From positions 1 through 59,993 of the forward strand of contig CAZUHE010000001.1 in NCBI GenBank assembly GCA_964620395.1: 59,993 nucleotides of DNA, given 5' to 3'. A model generated the notes under the pieces. It ran no database searches. It saw only the letters and a list, made by a program, of their open reading frames with translations, and was not told the origin of the DNA. Each line of letters starts with the position of its first letter. The stretch's first letter is position 1. Source of the stretch: an uncultured Dehalococcoidia bacterium (GTDB lineage Bacteria > Chloroflexota > Dehalococcoidia > Lucifugimonadales > UBA826). This document shows, in pieces, positions 18,747-26,860 of the stretch. The translations under genes were made by a program, and so were the position numbers.

Positions 18747-19778
18747 GTGTGTTTGATCCAAATGTCTGTTGGTGATGTTCCTTATATTATCGACCCTTTG
18801 TATGTTGATGATATGGAACCCTTAGGTGAAATCCTTGATAGTGACCGAATTATAAAAATACTCCATGCTGGTGACTATGACATAAGGAGCTTGCATCGAG
18901 ATTACGGATTTGTCTTTCAAAACGTTTTTGATACCAGTATTGCCGCAGCTCTGATGGGTTCTAAGAGGCTTGGACTTGATGCCATATTGATGGAGTATAT
19001 CCAAGTTGAAGTCTCTAAAGAAAAACGTCTGCAAAGGAGTGATTGGACCCTTCGCCCACTCTCTGATGAGGCTTTGGGTTACGCTGCAGATGATGTGCGT
19101 TACTTAGGTAAAGCACGTGAGAAAATGACTCGTAAACTTGAAGATTTAGGACGTCAGGATTGGGTTAAGGAAGAATGTCATCGCTTATGTTCTGTCAGGT
19201 TTGAACCTAGAGAAGAGGCAACAGCGTTTCTGAATTTGAAAGGTAGTGGGGATCTGGATGGTCATGCTCTCGCTTTGTTGAAGAGGCTTTATGATCTTAG
19301 GGAAGATGAGGCGATTGGCAAGGATCGCCCTCCCTTTAAAATAGTTTCAGATTCTGTTCTGGTCTCAATTGCAAGGGAGCCAGATTGTGAATACGCAGAA
19401 CTAAGGGGCATTGGTTGGTGGGCACGCCCAAGCATGGTGAAGCGTATCAAGGTATTGGTTAAGGAATCCCGGAAAGATGAACCAATAGTAAGACCCAAAA
19501 GGAAGAAAATTCCGGCGAGTGAACGTCTTTCAAACAGAGATAGGGAGCGAGCCAACAAAAGGTTGAAGCAATTGAAATTGTGGAGAAGCGGTATTGGAGA
19601 AACCTTAGAAGTGGATCCGAGTTTGCTTTGGCCAACGTCGAGCCTTTCTAGATTGGCCAAAGATCCAAGCACTCTCTCTCAGGAATTTGAATCCAATGAT
19701 GTCCGAGGTTGGCAAACTGAGGAATTTAGTAATAAATTGGAGATTTTTGTTAAAGAATTAATTACCAAAGTTTCTTAA
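18747..19778 (+). CDS. ribonuclease D (DEDD 3'-5' exonuclease + HRDC); true start probably upstream at a non-canonical codon
   Basis: The ORF contains the exonuclease motifs KILHAGDYDIRSL and YAADDVRYL plus a C-terminal HRDC-like region. The in-frame upstream sequence (open from 18606) encodes ...NTPYVGIDIEGNG..., which is the ExoI DxE motif. No ATG, GTG or TTG precedes that motif; see findings. Confidence 0.8.
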   Translation: MCLIQMSVGDVPYIIDPLYVDDMEPLGEILDSDRIIKILHAGDYDIRSLHRDYGFVFQNVFDTSIAAALMGSKRLGLDAILMEYIQVEVSKEKRLQRSDWTLRPLSDEALGYAADDVRYLGKAREKMTRKLEDLGRQDWVKEECHRLCSVRFEPREEATAFLNLKGSGDLDGHALALLKRLYDLREDEAIGKDRPPFKIVSDSVLVSIAREPDCEYAELRGIGWWARPSMVKRIKVLVKESRKDEPIVRPKRKKIPASERLSNRDRERANKRLKQLKLWRSGIGETLEVDPSLLWPTSSLSRLAKDPSTLSQEFESNDVRGWQTEEFSNKLEIFVKELITKVS

Positions 19779-19810
19779 TGCAGGTCTCTTTGTAAAGTGA
19801 GGTATATTTT

Positions 19811-20170
19811 ATGGAAATACCTGTGATTTGGTGGATGGTTCTAGTTGAAGGATTGATAATATTGGCCTTGGTTTACGCCTGTATTATATTGTCAAACAAG
19901 GTTTCAAAGGAAATTTCAAGAAACAGAAGTCAGTCAACGAGGTACGGTCAGATAACTGAACAGTTTCTTCCTTTATCAAAGAGTTATCCTTGGGATCCCA
20001 AGCAATTTCGCTTTTTGGGCACTCCTGTGGATGGAGTCCAATTTGAACCCGATAGAGTTTTGTTCATTGAATTTAAGGCAGCCGGTAGCAAGCTTTCTAA
20101 AAGACAAAGGGAAATACGAGATATAGTGCGTCAAGGAAAAGTGGAGTTTGAAGAAATACGGGCGGGCTAG
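19811..20170 (+). CDS. membrane-anchored endonuclease related to archaeal Holliday junction resolvase (PD-(D/E)xK, Endonuc_Holl-like)
   Basis: 119 aa. An N-terminal TM is followed by GQITEQFLPL...FRFLGTPVDGVQFEPDRVLFIEFKAAGSKLSKRQREIRDIV. The D...E-x-K core matches the family pattern as I recall it. SD TGAGGT. Confidence 0.55.
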   Translation: MEIPVIWWMVLVEGLIILALVYACIILSNKVSKEISRNRSQSTRYGQITEQFLPLSKSYPWDPKQFRFLGTPVDGVQFEPDRVLFIEFKAAGSKLSKRQREIRDIVRQGKVEFEEIRAG

Positions 20171-20193
20171 TCGATCAATATAAAGGCGTGAAA

Positions 20194-21261
20194 ATGAGTG
20201 ATTTGTTTACTCCTATTGTCATCAGAGGAGAAACGGTACGAAACAGGGTATTTGTTTCCCCTATGTGCCAGTACTCTTCTAATGATAGAGATGGTATGCC
20301 TAATAGCTGGCATATGGTACATCTAGGGACAAGAGCTGTAGGAGGTGCAGGGCTTGTTATGGCAGAAGCAACTGCAGTGTCACCAGAAGGTAGAATTTCC
20401 CCTGAGGATTTAGGAATTTGGTCCGATGGGCATGTGGAAGCATTTAAGCCCATATGTTCATTTATCAGTTCACAGGGTGGAACTCCTGCTGTTCAACTTG
20501 CACACGCCGGTAGAAAAGCTTCCAGAGGAAAGCCTTGGGAAGGAAGCCCCATGCTTATGCCGGAAAATGGTGGATGGGATGTGGTTGCGCCTAGCTCATT
20601 TCCGTTTGATGAAACTTCTGTAGTTCCTGCTGAATTGACAACGGAAGATATCAGTAATGTAGTAAATGACTTTCGTATTGCAGCTGAAAGAGCTGTTACA
20701 GCTGGGTTCAAGGTGATTGAGCTTCATTTTGCACACGGATATCTTGTGTGTGAGTTTATGTCTCCTACATCAAACAGGCGAAATGACAAGTATGGTGGGA
20801 CGTTGAAAAACAGGTGTCGATTAGCTGTGCAAATAGTGGAGGAAGTAAGATCGATCATACCTGATTCGATGCCATTGTTTGCCCGAATATCTTGTGACGA
20901 ATATATAGATGAGGGGTGGAATTTGGAAAATTCTGTGGAACTTTCTGGATGGCTTAAGGAGTGTGGAGTTGATTTGATTGATTGTTCTTCTGGGGGTAAC
21001 TCAGTTGAACAAAAACTATCCCCATTTCCTGGTTATCAGGTGCCATTTTCTCGTGAAATACGTCAGCAAGTTGGGATTAAGACAGGGGCCGTTGGATTAA
21101 TAACAGAACCTTCCCAGGCAGAGCAAACACTTAGAAATGGTGAGTCGGACGTGATATTTTTGGGGAGGGAACTGTTGAGGAACCCATATTGGCCAGCTAA
21201 GGCAAGAGAGTTTCTGGATAAGAAAAGGGATCTATGGCCACCACAGTATGAAAGAGCTTAA
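20194..21261 (+). CDS. NADH:flavin oxidoreductase, Old Yellow Enzyme family (YqjM/NamA-like)
   Basis: The N-terminus MSDLFTPIVIRGETVRNRVFVSPMCQYS, then HLGTRAVGGAGLV, IELHFAHGYL and a C-terminal GRELLRNPYWP are typical of OYE. GTG 20188 is an alternative start. Confidence 0.85.
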   Translation: MSDLFTPIVIRGETVRNRVFVSPMCQYSSNDRDGMPNSWHMVHLGTRAVGGAGLVMAEATAVSPEGRISPEDLGIWSDGHVEAFKPICSFISSQGGTPAVQLAHAGRKASRGKPWEGSPMLMPENGGWDVVAPSSFPFDETSVVPAELTTEDISNVVNDFRIAAERAVTAGFKVIELHFAHGYLVCEFMSPTSNRRNDKYGGTLKNRCRLAVQIVEEVRSIIPDSMPLFARISCDEYIDEGWNLENSVELSGWLKECGVDLIDCSSGGNSVEQKLSPFPGYQVPFSREIRQQVGIKTGAVGLITEPSQAEQTLRNGESDVIFLGRELLRNPYWPAKAREFLDKKRDLWPPQYERA

Positions 21262-21310
21262 TCAATAATACTTGATTTTATACCCCGGCATTTTTGAGGA
21301 TCATTGTAGA

Positions 21311-21511
21311 TTATTTTAAGTAATTGCGAACGAGGTATAGGAATAATCCTAGTGCTATTCCTATAAATATCATGTCAGATCTACCAGTAATGAACCCGGT
21401 ACCTATCAGTAGGCAGGATGTAAAAAAAACTCCTACTAGCGTCAGCCATTGTTTTGACATGGGATTTAAACTAAGCACCTCAACGCGGTATTCTATATGA
21501 TAATTTAACAT
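21311..21511 (-). CDS. small hydrophobic hypothetical protein
   Basis: 66-aa ORF, or 49 aa from ATG 21460, with two hydrophobic helices. No SD and no family recognised. Coding status is uncertain. Confidence 0.25.
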   Translation of the reverse strand: MLNYHIEYRVEVLSLNPMSKQWLTLVGVFFTSCLLIGTGFITGRSDMIFIGIALGLFLYLVRNYLK

Positions 21512-21584
21512 GTCCGAGCCATTATATGTCTAATGTATGACTTTGGATGATCGCTTGTCTATAAATCGGAGGAAATGGAATACC

Positions 21585-22079
21585 ATGAATCAAGATATAT
21601 TGCGTAGTGTTGGAAACATTGGAGCTATTCTGAAAGAAAAGTCCCAAACGATAGCAATAGCGGAATCTTCATCAGGGGGCCTTATATCCGCGCATCTACT
21701 TTCTTTGCCGGGAGCATCTTCTTACTTTTTGGGTGGTTCCGTGATTTATACTCGTTATGCTGGTAGAAGTTTTTTGAGAGTAACTGACGATGAAATGGAG
21801 GGGATTAGGGCGGCCACCGAGGAGTATGCTGAGTTAAATGCTACTCGAGTTAGGGAATTGCTGGGTTCTACTTGGGGGCTCTCTGAAACAGGTGCGACCG
21901 GGCCTACAGGGAATCGATATGGTGACCCGGCTGGTCACTCATGCATAGCTGTTTCGGGACCGGTGAACAAGGCGATAACACTGAGAACAGGTAGCGAGGA
22001 TCGCCAAGGGAATATGGTCGCCTTTTCGATAGCTGCATTGGATCTGCTTATTGACTGCGTAACGGAGGCTTCATCTTAA
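21585..22079 (+). CDS. CinA C-terminal domain / PncC-like nicotinamide-nucleotide amidohydrolase family protein
   Basis: The motif TIAIAESSSGGLISAHLLSLPGASSYFLGGSVIYT is characteristic of the family. ATG 21585 has GGAGGA 11 nt upstream. Confidence 0.75.
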   Translation: MNQDILRSVGNIGAILKEKSQTIAIAESSSGGLISAHLLSLPGASSYFLGGSVIYTRYAGRSFLRVTDDEMEGIRAATEEYAELNATRVRELLGSTWGLSETGATGPTGNRYGDPAGHSCIAVSGPVNKAITLRTGSEDRQGNMVAFSIAALDLLIDCVTEASS

Positions 22080-24035
22080 TTTCGAAACCAAATATTCATA
22101 CCTGTTTGAGCAATTTTTGACTATCACATCGATATCGTGATGAAGAATGTAGCCTTCATCGGCTAGCTTTTGTGCCTCCACCCTGACCTTTTGTAGATAG
22201 TCTTCTCTACTTGTATACCTTTCTTCGATCGATAATCTGGGATCATTTGTAGTTTCTCTAGAAGCCCTACTGATAGCAAAGGCGCTACTTAATCCGATCA
22301 TTGATATGAGCTGTTCTGGTGATCCGGTTTCTGGGTTACGTAAATTCCATCCCGTATGTGTGGCTAAAGGTACAGAAATATCTGGCATTCTTATTCCAGA
22401 TACTTCATTACCGTCCTTGTCCAAAGTGGATACAAAACACGGGTAGGTCCTTCCTTCTATGATTGGGTACTTGGTTATCCCAATATCAGTATTTTCTCCC
22501 AAATCCATTTCTCGGATTCTCCAGAGTCGGTCAGGATTTGGTAGATTTTGACCAGGGATATCTGGCATCAGTTCTATAGCACTACTTCTGGATATAGCCG
22601 TTTCATCATCGAGACGTGGAGTGCAACTTGCGGGAGGTTCTATGCCTTTCTCAACCCATGCTACAAGGTTTAGAAGAGCTCCCCGCAATAGAGGTCTGTA
22701 ATCCACGATATTGGATTTGTAGGCTTCCACAATTTTTTCTGATGGAGGCGACTTGAGTAGTTCGATTGAACCTGCGCCGTGCTGTGTCCCCGAAAACATG
22801 TATGTTCGTGCATTGTTGGGCAATGGTTGATCGCAACACCCAGATGGGTCCATGTGGGCAAGTGAGCCATCTCCTCGCCAATATTCAGCCGACGTATTTG
22901 TATATATGATTTTGGGTATTTGTCCCCGAATTTTTTGTGTGTCTTGCAACCCTTCTTCCTTGGAACTAAAAGGGTCCTTTAGATTCTGATCAGCAAAAGG
23001 GAAAAGATGTCCAAATCCAGCAGCTGATTGTTGAGAAGGTTGACCAAATCTGTGATTGAAATTACCTCTTCTCCCCCCAGCGACATGGGGTAGAATTCCA
23101 TCGTAAACTTTTTCACCATTTTCATCGATATTCATTCCAGCGTAGATAAAGTGCCTGAGAAGCCGGCCTGTTTGAGATACTCCATAGGCATAAAGATAGC
23201 GTGGAGGCTTATCAAAAAATGGAGTTTTTGAGGAGTTACGTATCCAGGAACCCGTATCTCTTACAGATAATAGTGTGGTTCCGGTTACAACGGCGCCAGT
23301 TGCCTTATAAACAAAGTTGTATATCTTGCCGGGTTGGAACCCAGAATTCAAAAAGATGTGATTTTTGCTAGGGATTGAATGCTTGGAATCGTTTTTTGCA
23401 AATGCCCATTCCGATGGTGGGATTAAAGTGTCAGGCCCGTCTTCCCAATCCCGAACCATAAGATAGGCACCTTCCTTAGATAGTGATGCTGATGGGTACG
23501 GTATGTGTGTCCTATCGGCTAGTAAAAATTCTTTCATTTCCACTGTCGGTCTGATTTCTACGCTGTTACTACCGATTACCGGTTTGCCGTTTTCCAAAAC
23601 TAAGGGAGCTTTCATGCCTAATAAGCCATTTTTTCTATAGACGTCAAATTGCCATCCTAAAGAGAGGATTCCAAATCCAGATTTGAACAAAAAGCCGTCC
23701 CCGGGATCTATATCATGTCCCAAAGTTCCGTTTATGTTTGACATGTTGAAGTCTTGAAATGCCTTCTTTCTTCCCCGGTTAGTCACGTCAACCAAAAGCC
23801 TTACAGGGTCTTGGTTGATAGGTGTAACCAATGTGAAGTCAGAGGAAAAAGGGACTCTTTTTTCTTCGTTGAGTTCGGCCTTATCCAGATCGATTATTCC
23901 GTTATTGGCGGGATTGGAAGGGTCGACAGAGAAATGAACAATTCCGTCTATTCTTTTATAAGGTCCTGATGAACCCCAACATTTATCATTATAGAATTTT
24001 GAGGTTTCTCTTATTTCGAAGTGAGTAACGGTCAT
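22071..24035 (-). CDS. large conserved hypothetical protein (possibly alpha/beta-hydrolase-domain containing)
   Basis: 654-aa uninterrupted ORF with a GGGAAA SD-like element. No signal peptide. It resembles about 650-aa proteins that I recall as annotated alpha/beta hydrolase domain-containing, which is unverified. It overlaps the convergent CinA-like gene end by 9 nt. Confidence 0.45.
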   Translation of the reverse strand: MTVTHFEIRETSKFYNDKCWGSSGPYKRIDGIVHFSVDPSNPANNGIIDLDKAELNEEKRVPFSSDFTLVTPINQDPVRLLVDVTNRGRKKAFQDFNMSNINGTLGHDIDPGDGFLFKSGFGILSLGWQFDVYRKNGLLGMKAPLVLENGKPVIGSNSVEIRPTVEMKEFLLADRTHIPYPSASLSKEGAYLMVRDWEDGPDTLIPPSEWAFAKNDSKHSIPSKNHIFLNSGFQPGKIYNFVYKATGAVVTGTTLLSVRDTGSWIRNSSKTPFFDKPPRYLYAYGVSQTGRLLRHFIYAGMNIDENGEKVYDGILPHVAGGRRGNFNHRFGQPSQQSAAGFGHLFPFADQNLKDPFSSKEEGLQDTQKIRGQIPKIIYTNTSAEYWRGDGSLAHMDPSGCCDQPLPNNARTYMFSGTQHGAGSIELLKSPPSEKIVEAYKSNIVDYRPLLRGALLNLVAWVEKGIEPPASCTPRLDDETAISRSSAIELMPDIPGQNLPNPDRLWRIREMDLGENTDIGITKYPIIEGRTYPCFVSTLDKDGNEVSGIRMPDISVPLATHTGWNLRNPETGSPEQLISMIGLSSAFAISRASRETTNDPRLSIEERYTSREDYLQKVRVEAQKLADEGYILHHDIDVIVKNCSNRYEYLVSKLR

Positions 24036-24077
24036 AATATATTTCCCGAGTTTCTTTTCAGGAGGCTCAGAATGTTA

Positions 24078-25313
24078 TTAGTATAAGTTTGGTTTTGCCC
24101 CCAGAGATTTTACTGCTACCAATCCAGTGATCAATAGTAAAACTGTCATGTAAAACAGTATACGATAGCTGTCAGTGGAGTCATAAATTAGCCCGGCTAC
24201 AACAGGTCCGACTCCGAAAGACACAAGAGTTCCGTAATTAGAAATGCCTGCAATGCTAGCAAGGTTTTTTATACCGAAATAGTCCTGCAAGATCATGGTG
24301 CTCAGAGTTCCAAATGATCCCATGCATATTCCCCACAAAGGAGAACATATCCACACCATTGTCGGTATGGAAAGGTTGGATGCAAGTAATAAAGCGATGG
24401 ATAGGCCAGAAAATGAAATTAGCATTGAAGTTCGGGCCGTTATTTTTTCTGCCATAAAACCAAAGATTATTTTTCCAGCCATACCAGAAGAAGCCAGCAG
24501 GCTTAATGCCATGGTGGATTTGGTTAGGCTAATTCCTTCATTTACATAATGCGCTATTAATTGCGGTATTAGGGCGGCGAATGGTAGGGATCCAACCATA
24601 AAGATGAGCAAGGTTAGGTATAAATGTTTTGATCGGAAGGCGGTATGGACGGACACGCCCTTAGATCTGTTATTCCCAATCTGTGCCGAACTTCCTGCTT
24701 TTATTGCATCGTTTTCAAGAGGAGGTTCTCTTAATGCTATGAATGTAAAACCTGCAGCAATGGCTGTGATGATCGCCTGGGCATAGTACCCATTGTGCCA
24801 ACCATGTGAAGATACTATAAAGCCTATTGCCGCCGGCATTATTACGCCACCAAAATTGTTTCCCATCATTGAGATCCCAATAACACGCCCTCTGTTCTTT
24901 GAAAACCATAAACCGACAACTCTTCCCACAGGTGTCATGACACTGGTTAGGCCTATGAATTGTATGAAACTTAGTGCATACCAGTGCCAGACTTCTGTCA
25001 TCATTGGCCGTAGTAAGAAGCTTATGGAAGTGAGTAACAAAAACAGGGTCATTACAATTCTTGGTCCCCGCTTGTCTATAACCCTACCGACCAAAGGACC
25101 TACCAACAGCCCGAAGGCTGAGAAAGATAAGGATATGTTGATCTGGGTACGAGTCCATCCGTACTCTTCTGTTAAGGCAGTACTGAATAGAGAAAATGTG
25201 TATGTTCCAAATCCTAGTAAGACTGTTGCTGCACTAAAACAAACTGATACAGACCACCATCCATTTGATGGTCTAAAAGGATTAAAAGGTGACGTTTCCT
25301 TTCTATAACTCAC
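24078..25313 (-). CDS. MFS transporter (oxalate/formate antiporter-like)
   Basis: 411 aa with about 12 hydrophobic helices. It carries the MFS loop motif GPLVGRVIDKRGPR and has a GTG start. Confidence 0.8.
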   Translation of the reverse strand: MSYRKETSPFNPFRPSNGWWSVSVCFSAATVLLGFGTYTFSLFSTALTEEYGWTRTQINISLSFSAFGLLVGPLVGRVIDKRGPRIVMTLFLLLTSISFLLRPMMTEVWHWYALSFIQFIGLTSVMTPVGRVVGLWFSKNRGRVIGISMMGNNFGGVIMPAAIGFIVSSHGWHNGYYAQAIITAIAAGFTFIALREPPLENDAIKAGSSAQIGNNRSKGVSVHTAFRSKHLYLTLLIFMVGSLPFAALIPQLIAHYVNEGISLTKSTMALSLLASSGMAGKIIFGFMAEKITARTSMLISFSGLSIALLLASNLSIPTMVWICSPLWGICMGSFGTLSTMILQDYFGIKNLASIAGISNYGTLVSFGVGPVVAGLIYDSTDSYRILFYMTVLLLITGLVAVKSLGAKPNLY

Positions 25314-25475
25314 GCAATTGCACCCTAGGTGAGTTGGAGAAATTGTGATTACATATAAAGCTGGTTTTTAAACGGCGCATGGTCATAAACAAACGTGTTT
25401 TAATTTGTTGTTTCCTCATTAGCAAAATTTAAAGTGATGATTTAAAAGTCAGCTTGCTGAAAAGCCATTTGGTTT

Positions 25476-26399
25476 TCAAACACGCACAAATTTTTGAAGT
25501 CGTGCCCCATCCAAAGTTTCTCCAACATATAGACTCCCATCTGAGTCTATACCCACAGCATGGGCGGCCAAAAAGTCTCCATCAATCCCGGTACTGGCTC
25601 CCCATCCTCCAAGCCATTGACCGGTTTTAGTCATGATTTTGACTCCTGAGTTATGAGAAACCTCATTTACTTCAGGTGCTCCATCCATTAATCCTATTTT
25701 GTACCCCAGTTCGGCTACCACCATGGTACCGTCACTGCTAGGAACTATCTGATTTGGTCTATGCACACCCCTCCATTGTGATACGTACTGCCCGTCTGAA
25801 GTGAATATTTGTATTCGGCTATTTTCCCGGTCGCATACATATACCAATCCTGTTGGGTCAACTGCAACACTATGTGGGACCATGAATTGGCCTGGGCCAG
25901 TACCCCTTTCTCCCCATGATCTGATGAGTTTTCCTTCTGGAGTAAAGTGATGGATTTTTGAGTTACCATACCCGTCGGAGACATACAGTGATCCATCAAG
26001 TCCGAAGGCGATATCGGTAGGTCGATTGAAAGGTTCTCCACTTTGTTCGGGGGCCGGGTTATCTGGGCTACCTAGGGTTAAAAGAAGATTTCCATCCGAA
26101 GTCCATTTCCTTACTGTGTGGTTACCGACATCAGTTGTCCATACAGAATCATCAGGTCCTATCTCTACATGATGTGCGGAAGAGAAATTTTCAAGAGCCC
26201 ATGAATCAATTATGTCACCATCTTTATTTAAAACGATCATGGGATGGTTACTTCTGTTGTATGCGAATATATTGTCTCTGCTATCTACTGCCACGCCAAC
26301 GACATGATTCCATTCCCATCCATCTGGCAGAGGAGCCCAACCTGGTACATTCTCATAAACGTATTCCCCGTAGCTTACTCTCAGTGGCTTGTTGGACAT
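25476..26399 (-). CDS. NHL-repeat six-bladed beta-propeller protein (peptidyl-alpha-hydroxyglycine alpha-amidating lyase-like)
   Basis: 307 aa. Repeated NHL blades are visible (HVVGVAVDSRDN, FNRPTDIAFGLDGSLYVSDGYGN, VPHSVAVDPTGLVYVCDRENSRIQIF, AAHAVGIDSDGSLYVGE). SD GGAGA. It is a paralog of 56705-57658. Confidence 0.7.
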   Translation of the reverse strand: MSNKPLRVSYGEYVYENVPGWAPLPDGWEWNHVVGVAVDSRDNIFAYNRSNHPMIVLNKDGDIIDSWALENFSSAHHVEIGPDDSVWTTDVGNHTVRKWTSDGNLLLTLGSPDNPAPEQSGEPFNRPTDIAFGLDGSLYVSDGYGNSKIHHFTPEGKLIRSWGERGTGPGQFMVPHSVAVDPTGLVYVCDRENSRIQIFTSDGQYVSQWRGVHRPNQIVPSSDGTMVVAELGYKIGLMDGAPEVNEVSHNSGVKIMTKTGQWLGGWGASTGIDGDFLAAHAVGIDSDGSLYVGETLDGARLQKFVRV

Positions 26400-26513
26400 G
26401 ACTACTATTTCTCCTTTCGCGATTGTGCATGCGGGTTTTAGAGCATTGTAACAAGACGGGGTACCTATTAGTTGTTTGGTGTATTCGTTGACATTGTTCT
26501 GTCAGTGAGGCTA

Positions 26514-26565
26514 GACTCTTGTTGCGTTCGGGACCTCTTGAGCGCAACAAGTAAGAGTCGTTTTT
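26514..26565 (+). promoter_or_regulatory. strong leader hairpin followed by T5, abutting the SD of the Cys-rich protein gene
   Basis: Read directly: CTTGTTGCG (26518-26526) pairs with CGCAACAAG (26543-26551). The stem is extended by 2-3 inner pairs and by an outer GACT/AGTC stem across a 4-nt bulge. TTTTT follows at 26561-26565 and the SD AAGGAG at 26566-26571. The role (attenuator, operator or stabiliser) is unresolved. Confidence 0.35.
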
Positions 26566-26579
26566 AAGGAGTAGGAAAG

Positions 26580-26774
26580 ATGTCCAAATACAGTTGTGGT
26601 GACTGCGGTATGAAAGTTCATAATCTGACTTGCGGTAGTTGTGGGAATGAATTAAACCACGCAACCATTGAAAAAGATGATGGCACTTCCGTTGGAGTTG
26701 CCCAGTGCCCGAAAGGTTGCGGTAAGATCAAATCCCCAATGTGCTGCGGGCATGATATGGCTGCCGCTAGCTGA
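26580..26774 (+). CDS. small cysteine-rich (8 Cys) putative metal-binding protein
   Basis: 64 aa: MSKYSCGDCGMKVHNLTCGSCGNELNHATIEKDDGTSVGVAQCPKGCGKIKSPMCCGHDMAAAS. It has a CxxC-N8-CxxC zinc-ribbon-like pair, then CPKGC and CC. Strong SD AAGGAG lies 8 nt upstream, and a clean terminator lies downstream. Confidence 0.6.
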   Translation: MSKYSCGDCGMKVHNLTCGSCGNELNHATIEKDDGTSVGVAQCPKGCGKIKSPMCCGHDMAAAS

Positions 26775-26805
26775 GTAAATCCACGTCACAGATATCAAAA
26801 TATTT

Positions 26806-26839
26806 TAAAAAAGGGCCCTCGTTTTGTTGGGCCTTTTTT
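26806..26839 (+). terminator. rho-independent terminator (potentially bidirectional)
   Basis: AAAAAA-GGGCCC-tcgttttgtt-GGGCC-TTTTTTT. A GC stem is flanked by an A-run and a T-run, 32 nt after the stop of the Cys-rich gene. Confidence 0.7.
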
Positions 26840-26860
26840 TGATGAATAAGTTAAACGATT

